Source of the DNA: a virus
Lineage: Duplodnaviria > Caudoviricetes
Strand: one strand, 5' to 3'
DNA length: 44,050 bases
Virus record (IMG/VR): IMGVR_UViG_3300043219_000223
Location: 1 to 44,050 of that record
Under the pieces are notes generated by a model. It was given only the letters and a program-made list of their open reading frames with translations, did not search any database and was not told where the DNA came from. This document shows, one piece after another, positions 1 through 7,275 of this stretch; within the stretch, counting starts at the first letter, position 1; the number at the start of each line of letters is the position of its first letter. A program made the translations under genes and the position numbers.

Positions 1-26
1 TCCAGTACCTCCACCGCCTATTCCGG
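1..26. repeat. 26-bp terminal overlap, identical to 44025-44050 (circular assembly)
   Basis: tccagtacctccaccgcctattccgg occurs at both ends; joining the ends restores a continuous ORF with an RBS. Confidence 0.95.
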
Positions 27-38
27 ACATAAAATCTC

Positions 39-1610
39 CTAAAATCCGTCTGTTAATGGATCATAATCACTTTCTAACTCATATGTCAAGGGATTGTATT
101 CCTTTTCGTCAGTTCCTTGACGTTGTGCAAACAGTTTCACAGGCATTATGCTGGCAAACCCAGAGCCTTTTTCATACACATATCTGGAAGAATCCATCTC
201 ATGATCGTTTTCCTTTACTACCTTACCGTTCTTATCCCTGCGGTAAAGGCGAAACTCCCCCAACCAGCCCTGGCAACTCTCAAAAACCTTGAAACGGCCT
301 TCACTCATGGCCAGTAACATGTTAAAAAGTCCGGACTCTACATTACCAGCCTTTCCTTTTGGGGCCACGGTAAGCCCGGGAATCAATTTCATATACGTCT
401 TAACCAACTGAACACCGTCAGCAGAACTTGTTCCAGCCGCTGGATCAGACACCCCGGGAATCCATTCACCCCTGAGCTTTACATTACTGGCATGCACCTC
501 TGGCTCTGTCATTCCCCGCTTATATTCATCAGTAAGATAAAAAATAGGCTTTTCCGGCTCTATATTCCATGCCGCCCAGGTAGCCGCAGTAGCGTTCCAG
601 CCATGATCAAACCCGTAAGATCGGGGCCAGTAAGCAGGAATAGGGAAATCAGGCACCACGATATCACTCTCAGGAATGGGAAATATCGCACCGCTGCCCA
701 ACTGAGGAATACCTTTAGACCGTGCGTCAAGCTGATATGGCGGAATACTTTTGCGAAGCTCTTCCTTTTCCGCATCACTCAAGTGAGGGGCATCATCCCA
801 GGTAGCCGAAACGATAAACTTATTTGAAGTCTTGTCATGCCTGTCAGGCACCTTACCGCCCGGCATGAACGCCAGGACAACCTCTGACATGCCCTGCAGT
901 GGTGTAAAGGTTAGTATAATAATACCGCCCACAAAACCACCGGTAGCCATGGTACGGATAAGGCACTCACCGTAAATATCAAGCGGCGGCTCCTCATCCA
1001 GCAGGATCACATGTTTTTCAACCCCCTCAAAAGAGGTCCTGCCCTGCTCGTAACTCTTAAAAACAAGGGTACTGATTCCGCCCTGAACATTCTTTATCTG
1101 AACCGAAGCAATGGCATCCGGCACCCCAGGCTTTCTCCGGGGCTCACCAACAATCATATCGCCAGGGATAAGACCGGTCCCGATAGCGTTCATTGGGCCG
1201 AGCAGCTTCTCCTGCAAGATATCGCGGGTAGTCTCATTGGACTTACCAGCAGCCCAGGCATCAATACGGCCTTTAAACCTTTTACCCTTCCACCAGTCGG
1301 GATAACTGCCTGTGAGGTGATAAACCAGTTCAGTCGCACCGGTAATTGTTTTCCCGGACCTGTTCGCGGCCATAAAGGCCCGCTCCCTGAAATACGCCCC
1401 TGCCTCAAAAAACTCCATGTGAGGAATATAAAGCTCTCTCCTTAAAGGCCCGGTCTCTGGAAAAAAAGAGTCAATAAACATCCGGCTCTTCTTGCGCTTC
1501 CGTTCTTCCAGGGTCTCAAAAAGCTCAAGCTTCTGCTCCCTGCTCATCTTACTCAGGTCAAGATTCTTGATATCTTCCTTGCTGTGTATGTTAAGATCAG
1601 ATAAATCCAT
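39..1610 (-). CDS. terL: Terminase large subunit (P22 gp2-like)
   Basis: Walker A AANRSGKT, Walker B ILLDEEP, TFTP coupling motif, C-terminal RNase H-like nuclease (GFDHG...DHEMDSSRY); upstream of portal on the circle. Confidence 0.95.
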   Translation of the reverse strand: MDLSDLNIHSKEDIKNLDLSKMSREQKLELFETLEERKRKKSRMFIDSFFPETGPLRRELYIPHMEFFEAGAYFRERAFMAANRSGKTITGATELVYHLTGSYPDWWKGKRFKGRIDAWAAGKSNETTRDILQEKLLGPMNAIGTGLIPGDMIVGEPRRKPGVPDAIASVQIKNVQGGISTLVFKSYEQGRTSFEGVEKHVILLDEEPPLDIYGECLIRTMATGGFVGGIIILTFTPLQGMSEVVLAFMPGGKVPDRHDKTSNKFIVSATWDDAPHLSDAEKEELRKSIPPYQLDARSKGIPQLGSGAIFPIPESDIVVPDFPIPAYWPRSYGFDHGWNATAATWAAWNIEPEKPIFYLTDEYKRGMTEPEVHASNVKLRGEWIPGVSDPAAGTSSADGVQLVKTYMKLIPGLTVAPKGKAGNVESGLFNMLLAMSEGRFKVFESCQGWLGEFRLYRRDKNGKVVKENDHEMDSSRYVYEKGSGFASIMPVKLFAQRQGTDEKEYNPLTYELESDYDPLTDGF

Positions 1611-1618
1611 AGTTATCC

Positions 1619-1634
1619 TGTTTCACGTGGAACA
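1619..1634. promoter_or_regulatory. parS-like ParB binding palindrome
   Basis: TGTTTCACGTGGAACA is the exact reverse complement of the canonical parS TGTTCCACGTGAAACA; it fills most of a 24-bp intergenic gap. Confidence 0.85.
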
Positions 1635-1958
1635 TTAATTAAGCCCAGAAGCACCCTTAATCACAGGTATCTTATCCATACCTGCCGCATGCACCTGCTG
1701 CACAGTATAAACCATGCCACAGACCACGCATCGGTAATAAGGAAGTTCAGCAATCATATCCTGGCCAGTAGGACTCACCAGCCTCGATAAGCTCCGCAAC
1801 TGGATCACCTTATCAAAATACAGGCAGCCGCAGTCAACTATGACAGTGGTATGATTGCCGTCCACCACATCGTCTTTTAAAATCCGGCCGGAGCAGGAAA
1901 AGGGCTCCACATCTCCCAGATCAACCTGGGGTCCACCTAATGCTGGAATTTTAGGCAT
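1635..1958 (-). CDS. Hypothetical Zn-ribbon-like phage protein
   Basis: CGC...CVVCG cysteines; overlaps the upstream gene's stop. Confidence 0.7.
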   Translation of the reverse strand: MPKIPALGGPQVDLGDVEPFSCSGRILKDDVVDGNHTTVIVDCGCLYFDKVIQLRSLSRLVSPTGQDMIAELPYYRCVVCGMVYTVQQVHAAGMDKIPVIKGASGLN

Positions 1959-2223
1959 TTAAAGACTCCTCAAAATCTTTGCGTAAATTTCTTTGTTTTC
2001 TTTCTAAAGTGCCTGGACTAAAATCTTCAATCACGCAATCAAGATAATAACAATGCCCTGACTTCCGGTGACGATAAACCTTCATAGGTGGGTTACCAAG
2101 AAAGTCTGGGCCGGGATTATCCTTAAAGAATTTCTGAGGTCCACCCCAAGACTCATACCCAAGCCAACCGGTTTCCCAGTCAACTGCCTCATTACAAAGA
2201 TAACAGTAAGCTCTCATAATCAT
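1951..2223 (-). CDS. Hypothetical protein
   Basis: ORF with GGAGG RBS and CxxC; co-oriented in the terminase block. Confidence 0.65.
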   Translation of the reverse strand: MIMRAYCYLCNEAVDWETGWLGYESWGGPQKFFKDNPGPDFLGNPPMKVYRHRKSGHCYYLDCVIEDFSPGTLERKQRNLRKDFEESLNA

Positions 2224-2247
2224 TCCTCCGTATAGGAATTTAAAAGG

Positions 2248-2463
2248 TTAAGGCCCCCTGGTAATTGACTCCTCTATCCCAAGAACCATATTGTAAAAAC
2301 TAACAGTATAAGGAATGTTCAAGAGTTCCAAGTCACGGCTCACATGCTTCACATGAACAGGATTCTTGCCACGGTGAGTATATGTGCCCTGCCCACAGAG
2401 AGCGCCTTCCTTGAACTCAACCTGCTCTCCACAGGTCTCACAGTGTATTGTAAGGTTAATCAT
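2248..2463 (-). CDS. Hypothetical protein (CxxC)
   Basis: AAGGAG RBS upstream; co-oriented. Confidence 0.65.
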   Translation of the reverse strand: MINLTIHCETCGEQVEFKEGALCGQGTYTHRGKNPVHVKHVSRDLELLNIPYTVSFYNMVLGIEESITRGP

Positions 2464-2580
2464 TATAACTCCTTAAAAGCAGGGGGTTTAATGGGGAAAA
2501 ATGAAGGGATTGGTGTATATATACATGACCGGCGGTTCGGCTCAGGGGGGTGGGGGGTGCCATAAGAGACTCCTTTTTAT

Positions 2581-2790
2581 TTATTCTGGTTTGAATAGGT
2601 ATTGAACTCTTGGATGGCTTAGGATGGCCGGGGCCTGCTCGCTGATCTCTTTCAGGTGCTTGATACTATCAAAGATAGGAGGGACCGGGGCAATGTATCG
2701 CATGTAATGGTCAGCCATACCCAGGGCAAGGGGAGACCGCCAAGGCTCCTTGCGCTTCCTGTACTCTTCCATCTTGATCAGATCACCCAT
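2581..2790 (-). CDS. Hypothetical protein
   Basis: AAGGTG RBS; co-oriented between the terminase genes. Confidence 0.55.
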   Translation of the reverse strand: MGDLIKMEEYRKRKEPWRSPLALGMADHYMRYIAPVPPIFDSIKHLKEISEQAPAILSHPRVQYLFKPE

Positions 2791-2818
2791 GATATCACCT
2801 TATTGAGACTACTATTGC

Positions 2819-2846
2819 AAGTCCGATAAAAACTATTATGTAAACT
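2819..2846 (+). other. dif-like XerC/XerD recombination site
   Basis: AAGTCCGATAA-AAACTA-TTATGTAAACT: 11-6-11 layout with inner ATAA/TTAT inverted repeat; right arm close to the XerD arm TTATGTTAAAT; intergenic. Confidence 0.8.
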
Positions 2847-2904
2847 TTGATCTTAACTGCCTGTTATTATTGACATTGCTTATTGAGAATAGGGTTAATA
2901 TGAG

Positions 2905-2925
2905 TTATCCACAGATTTATCCACA
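2905..2925 (+). promoter_or_regulatory. Two perfect DnaA boxes in direct orientation
   Basis: TTATCCACA at 2905-2913 and 2917-2925, 3 bp apart, in AT-rich intergenic DNA. Confidence 0.75.
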
Positions 2926-2978
2926 AGTGTTAATAGGTAATCGGTAGGTAGATACTACCATTATGATACAGATGTGTG

Positions 2979-3542
2979 TCAATCCATCATATCAGCCAGA
3001 CCTGCCTTGATCTTGTCCTCAAGCTCTTCTTCTGTCATATCACGATTGACATTGTAGTTTGTGGATTCTGTCTTGGTAACCATGTTGAAATCAGCAGACA
3101 GCACAAGAGCGGATATCTTAGGGTCAAGGGCACCGGCCAGGGCGTGAGTAACTGAATATCTTCTAATTAAATCCCGCGCGCGTGTAATCATCGCCTGAAT
3201 ACGGGAGCTTACATCATCACTTAAATTAATATGATTTCTATTTTTATAGTTATTTAGGGCAGTTACACCAATACCGAGGGTTTCAGCAAGTCCAGCCATT
3301 GTGTAGGGTTCGGGAACTTCGACCTCGACAACCTTACCTTTAGATACAACACGCTTGATAATAAGGTTAGTTTCACACTCTTCAAAGTATTGAGTAATAG
3401 CGTCCTGGACATTATCAGGATTGGTCAGGCGTGGATATTTCCCATTGACCCCATAACCTGTGCGACCAGCAAGGAAACGACCTTTAGAATCACGGTCAGG
3501 GTTTTCAATGACTTCGGGGAGTAATTCAGGATTAGCAGTCAT
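2979..3542 (-). CDS. terS: Terminase small subunit (P22 gp3-like)
   Basis: N-terminal RDSKGRFLAG motif, I..YF..C, PYTMAGLA..LGI...L.NY helix-turn-helix; upstream of terL. Confidence 0.85.
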   Translation of the reverse strand: MTANPELLPEVIENPDRDSKGRFLAGRTGYGVNGKYPRLTNPDNVQDAITQYFEECETNLIIKRVVSKGKVVEVEVPEPYTMAGLAETLGIGVTALNNYKNRNHINLSDDVSSRIQAMITRARDLIRRYSVTHALAGALDPKISALVLSADFNMVTKTESTNYNVNRDMTEEELEDKIKAGLADMMD

Positions 3543-3545
3543 TCT

Positions 3546-3632
3546 TTACCTTTTAGGCCATTTACAGGCATTAGTGACCAAATACACTTCAAGAACGATC
3601 AATATTCCAATGGCTAAATATAATCCTATCAT
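3546..3632 (-). CDS. 28-aa single-pass membrane peptide (not in ORF track)
   Basis: MIGLYLAIGILIVLEVYLVTNACKWPKR; G-rich RBS; stop 3 bp before the terS start. Confidence 0.55.
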   Translation of the reverse strand: MIGLYLAIGILIVLEVYLVTNACKWPKR

Positions 3633-4063
3633 TCTTTTACCCCCCTTGCTTTTAATAATACATATACCTTAATTGGCGGGCTCTGTCAAACCTTCGAGGA
3701 CAACTGCATCAGGTGGACCTCACGGCCCAACCCATTAATGAAAGCATTTATTATCCGGCATTGTCAAGGAAATAATGAGCTACCTTTAAACCTCTATCAT
3801 TCCAAGGCCTTAATATTTCAAATTATGCAAAGAGTACTATAAATTAACATTACCATATACGGTAATTCAAATTGGTAACTCATTTATACCTTGCCCGAGC
3901 ATATTTGCCTGATAATAATTTCAATTTGTGAGGAAATCAGAGTAAATGGGCAAACTTAGTAGTCTGAAGGACTATTTAATTATTGATGTAGTAATACCAA
4001 CGGTTCCCAGCCCTTGACCTTCTGAGACCGCCTGAGATCGGCCTGTATCACCCCATTGTGTTG

Positions 4064-4092
4064 TTGAGACAACTTTTTAATTTTGAGAGAAT
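4064..4092 (+). promoter_or_regulatory. Candidate sigma70-type early promoter
   Basis: TTGAGA-17 bp-GAGAAT with TG at the extended -10 position, ahead of the first plus-strand gene. Confidence 0.4.
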
Positions 4093-4128
4093 AGGGACAG
4101 TTAAACACTCAAACCAAGGAGCAGGACA

Positions 4129-4503
4129 ATGAAGAAAGAGACCGAGAAGATTTTAGAAGAAATGGAAAAATTACCATTTTGGACGGAACTTGAGAATTTA
4201 GCACAAGCCGTCATGAGCAACCAGAAAGAAATTGAAACCTCAGAACCCGTAAAGAATGACAATCCTTGCCGCATGTGTGTTTACTCGAAAGACCTTATTT
4301 GTGAAGATCTGGACAATTGCCCCGGCAATGGCGATGCAATGTGTTACATCAGGAAAGAGATAGTTCTCAACTTGACTGAATCGGCAAACAGTACAGAAGA
4401 AGCATTAAGGCATATTCACCACTTTAGAGGAAACAAGAAAATAACTGAAATAGTAACCAGGTTATTAGAAGACGTTAAGCAGCTATCCTCCGCAATTTCT
4501 TAA
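4129..4503 (+). CDS. Hypothetical Cys-rich early protein
   Basis: AAGGAG RBS; CxxC plus further cysteines. Confidence 0.75.
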   Translation: MKKETEKILEEMEKLPFWTELENLAQAVMSNQKEIETSEPVKNDNPCRMCVYSKDLICEDLDNCPGNGDAMCYIRKEIVLNLTESANSTEEALRHIHHFRGNKKITEIVTRLLEDVKQLSSAIS

Positions 4504-4572
4504 GCCTTCAGGGTTAGGCATCTAACACGGTGCCTTTCCTTGAGCGTTTAAACATTAAACAGGAGGCAGAAC

Positions 4573-4686
4573 ATGACACTCAAAGATAAAATATGGCTTT
4601 CAATTGAAATGGCCCTTTACGCAAGCGTTATTCTCGTAGCAAGCTTTCCAGTTTTTGTATGCCTGGTATTGAGATATCAGCAATAA
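4573..4686 (+). CDS. 37-aa membrane peptide (not in ORF track)
   Basis: AGGAGG RBS; MTLKDKIWLSIEMALYASVILVASFPVFVCLVLRYQQ. Confidence 0.65.
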   Translation: MTLKDKIWLSIEMALYASVILVASFPVFVCLVLRYQQ

Positions 4687-4694
4687 CCCCCACC

Positions 4695-4989
4695 ACCAGC
4701 CGCAAGGCAAAGGATAATATTATGATAGGACCAAAACCGGACACAATAACAAGACATTCAGCGAAAAGACAGCAATCAAAAGAAATAGCCCAACTTGACA
4801 CATTCTCAATAACGCTTCGTAATGGTGCTGTTTGTTTTGATTTTCACGGAAAAACTCATGATTACGAAGTGTCATTAAGTAAAGGAGAAATTAAAAAGGC
4901 TTATGATTTTATAAGGAGAAACTCTTAACTCTTTCCGGCTGGCCTCTTCTGAGAGGTCAACCAGCCGCAAGGCAAAGGATAATATTATG
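4695..4989 (+). repeat. 30-bp direct repeat A (4695-4724 and 4960-4989) containing a GCAA tetraloop hairpin, RBS and ATG
   Basis: accagccgcaaggcaaaggataatattatg is identical in both copies. Confidence 0.9.
4722..4928 (+). CDS. Hypothetical 68-aa early protein (start revised from 4659)
   Basis: ATG lies at the end of repeat A, as for the next gene. Confidence 0.7.
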   Translation: MIGPKPDTITRHSAKRQQSKEIAQLDTFSITLRNGAVCFDFHGKTHDYEVSLSKGEIKKAYDFIRRNS

Positions 4990-5207
4990 GCATTCGGAAA
5001 AGCATTTGAAACCAGAGCAGAGGCGAACAAGGAATTGAGAACCCTTAAAGAAAAACACGGCCCGGCCTTTAGTCAGACATTGGCTGTAAGAAAAATGTCT
5101 AAGAAAGTTCACCCAAGAAGAAAAAAGCTTTTCCATGTAGGAAATGAGATGGAATTTTTAAACTTTGCTTAAACTTTCCGGCTGGCCTCTTCTGAGAGGT
5201 CAACCAG
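4931..5207 (+). repeat. 34-bp direct repeat B (4931-4964 and 5174-5207), hairpin-forming
   Basis: ctttccggctggcctcttctgagaggtcaaccag is identical in both copies, each just after a stop codon. Confidence 0.9.
4987..5172 (+). CDS. Hypothetical basic 61-aa early protein
   Basis: ORF between repeat A and repeat B. Confidence 0.75.
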   Translation: MAFGKAFETRAEANKELRTLKEKHGPAFSQTLAVRKMSKKVHPRRKKLFHVGNEMEFLNFA

Positions 5208-5347
5208 AAGGCAGTTAACCTAAATAAATCAAGATAGGAGGTTGTTATGGGAAGCGGTTAAAAGCCGACAGGAGATCATCAGCGCCATGGACTGGAGGTC
5301 TCTTGTGAGCGTTTAACTTTACTCTAACCCCTACAGGAGGGCATGAA

Positions 5348-5494
5348 ATGTTTAGATGCTGGTTATTTGACTTAATAATGATTAACGGCTTTATGGAGAT
5401 CACAGACAGAACCAGAGAGAATCTTGATATTTTAGATGCAATCACATATAGCCCAGCCAAAAGAAACCGCTGGTTATTATCAGGAGACAAATAG
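5348..5494 (+). CDS. Hypothetical 48-aa protein (not in ORF track)
   Basis: AGGAGG 7 nt upstream; MFRCWLFDLIMING...LLSGDK; ends 2 bp before the next gene. Confidence 0.6.
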   Translation: MFRCWLFDLIMINGFMEITDRTRENLDILDAITYSPAKRNRWLLSGDK

Positions 5495-5496
5495 AA

Positions 5497-6111
5497 ATGA
5501 CAACACTTAAAGAGATAAAAAAGCATATCACCATAACCAACGGTAACTCTAAGCTTGGTAATAATGTAGCTAATATCAGCCTGATGCCTGTTGTAAGCTG
5601 TCCCAAAAATGTCCCTTGCGCAAAGGGATGTTATGATCTCAAAGCTTGCAAAATATACCCCTCAGTGAAGCAGGCGAGGCTTAAAAATTGGGATTGCTGG
5701 AACAATACCCCTGTTAAATATTGGGAAATGTTAAATGCATACCTTGCTAACAAATCACCTCGTTTTTTCCGCTTTCATGTGGGTGGTGATATCCCGAGCC
5801 AGTCTTATTTCGATTCAATGAAAAACACGGCTATAATTTACCCTGATATCAAGTTTTTAGCCTTTACAAAAAACTACAGCTTATCATTTAGGAATATCCC
5901 AAGTAATTTATCTATGGTCTTGTCAGTATGGCCAGGCCTGCCAATGCCTGAGAAGGTCAAGCGGTCCAGATTACCCAAGGCTTTTATGCAGGATGGTACA
6001 GAAACCAGAGTGTCACCTAATGCCATTGAATGCCCTGGAAGCTGTGAAAATTGCATGATGTGTTTTTCACTGGCTGAAATTAACAGGGATGTATATTTTA
6101 ATAAACATTAA
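5497..6111 (+). CDS. Gp88-like Cys-rich (probable Fe-S, radical-SAM-related) protein
   Basis: NSKLG, C.P....C...CY..K, RFHVGGD, AFTK and terminal CPG.C..C..C motifs typical of phage Gp88 family. Confidence 0.75.
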   Translation: MTTLKEIKKHITITNGNSKLGNNVANISLMPVVSCPKNVPCAKGCYDLKACKIYPSVKQARLKNWDCWNNTPVKYWEMLNAYLANKSPRFFRFHVGGDIPSQSYFDSMKNTAIIYPDIKFLAFTKNYSLSFRNIPSNLSMVLSVWPGLPMPEKVKRSRLPKAFMQDGTETRVSPNAIECPGSCENCMMCFSLAEINRDVYFNKH

Positions 6112-6170
6112 TTACCCAGACCAGACAGCGACTAAACCCTAAAAAAGACATGGAAAAAGGAGATGTGATT

Positions 6171-6386
6171 ATGGACTGCCGAGACTGTGAATACTGTAAG
6201 CCCCCCAGAGAAGATGTCGAGAAATCTATATTTGAAGAAGATACTTGCACAGTAATGTTTTGTTCTGATAACGATCTGAATTATAAAGATTATGAGATCA
6301 AGGATTGTGTGGAATTCATTCAATTAAAGTCAAGTGATGAAAAGGCTGTCAAGTCGCGGATAATTGATAAATTAAAAACAGCCTAA
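6171..6386 (+). CDS. Hypothetical Cys-rich protein
   Basis: AAGGAG RBS before ATG 6171; CxxCxxC. Confidence 0.6.
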   Translation: MDCRDCEYCKPPREDVEKSIFEEDTCTVMFCSDNDLNYKDYEIKDCVEFIQLKSSDEKAVKSRIIDKLKTA

Positions 6387-6432
6387 CCCCTTCCGACCTG
6401 AGCAAGTCATAAACTGCTCAAAGGGGTACATT

Positions 6433-6633
6433 GTGATAATAAAAGGCGATCAAGTACAGCGAAATGGCAAAAATTATGAACCTTCCGGCCCAGTGCTAAC
6501 AGTAATAGACGTTGAAAATCACCGGACTCTTGACGGAAATATCATGAAAAAATCAGGTGAAAAAAGGATAGAATTATCGGACGGCACCTGGGAGTTTCCC
6601 TGGAATTTAACCCCTAAAGCCCAAGGAGAATAA
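6433..6633 (+). CDS. Hypothetical SH3/KOW-like small protein
   Basis: GTG start after AGGGG; KGD.V...GPVLTV pattern. Confidence 0.6.
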   Translation: MIIKGDQVQRNGKNYEPSGPVLTVIDVENHRTLDGNIMKKSGEKRIELSDGTWEFPWNLTPKAQGE

Positions 6634-6634
6634 C

Positions 6635-6979
6635 ATGGCAGAGAACCCTATCGGCAAAGGAACAGAGTTCGCAGTATTAAAAGGTCACGGCTTTCCATCC
6701 AGAAGATATATTGAGTCAGACTGTGAAGGTTTTTTGATAACAGTAGACACTCGAAGGGATGAGGATGCCTTGGAAGCAGCGAGACACGTTTCACTGGTCC
6801 TAAACTCTCACTATGACCTGCTTAAGGCTTGTGAGGAAGCCAAAGCACTTTTAAAGGAAATTCTGTATGAGGTTGAAGTATCTAGGGAAGAGGCGCGCCT
6901 TGTCTTCCCCCTGGATCTCATTGAAAGATTGGAGAAAGTGGCAGTGAAAGGTAAACTGCCAAAAAAGGTGACAGGATGA
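6635..6979 (+). CDS. Hypothetical phage protein
   Basis: AAGGAG RBS; N.H.DLL.ACE.A C-terminal pattern common in phage early genes. Confidence 0.7.
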   Translation: MAENPIGKGTEFAVLKGHGFPSRRYIESDCEGFLITVDTRRDEDALEAARHVSLVLNSHYDLLKACEEAKALLKEILYEVEVSREEARLVFPLDLIERLEKVAVKGKLPKKVTG

Positions 6980-7275
6980 ATAGATTCCCAAGACCAGAAG
7001 AAGATTTAAAGCCGACCAGGTTTCAATTTTTACTTGCATGCTTTGCCGTCCTAATAGTGATCGCGTTTCATTTACTACGGGGGTATGTGATGAACCTGGA
7101 AGACAGCCTAAGAAGACTTGAAAAAGCCCCACTGTCTTTACACTACCACCAGGAGTTCAACACTATGGACGCAGACCGGGGCCACCTCTGGCATTATTAT
7201 CAAACAGTCAATGATAAAATTACATTAATTGAGCTTGGATTATCAGAAGATGGAAAAAGGTGGTCTAATGATTAA
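6976..7275 (+). CDS. Hypothetical membrane-anchored protein
   Basis: ATGA overlap; hydrophobic segment FLLACFAVLIVIAFHLL. Confidence 0.65.
   Translation: MNRFPRPEEDLKPTRFQFLLACFAVLIVIAFHLLRGYVMNLEDSLRRLEKAPLSLHYHQEFNTMDADRGHLWHYYQTVNDKITLIELGLSEDGKRWSND

Noticed and set aside
1-26. Biological terminal repeat
   Set aside because: Falls inside a gene and is k-mer sized; the P22-type terminase implies headful packaging, so this is most likely an assembly overlap
2387-2394. KOPS (GGGNAGGG) polarity toward the dif-like site
   Set aside because: I noticed only a few copies, mostly in coding sequence; this one points away from dif, so there is no support
3690-3725. Hammerhead ribozyme (CTGATG on the minus strand)
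   Set aside because: No CTGATGA core and no GAAA at the required position
4695-5316. CRISPR or mini-array interpretation of the early repeats
   Set aside because: Only two copies of each repeat, separated by 200+ bp ORFs with RBSs; no cas genes
4100-5316. Canonical integron (attI/attC)
   Set aside because: GTTAAAC at 4100 fits GTTRRRY, but the hairpin ends do not consistently match RYYYAAC/GTTRRRY and no IntI is present
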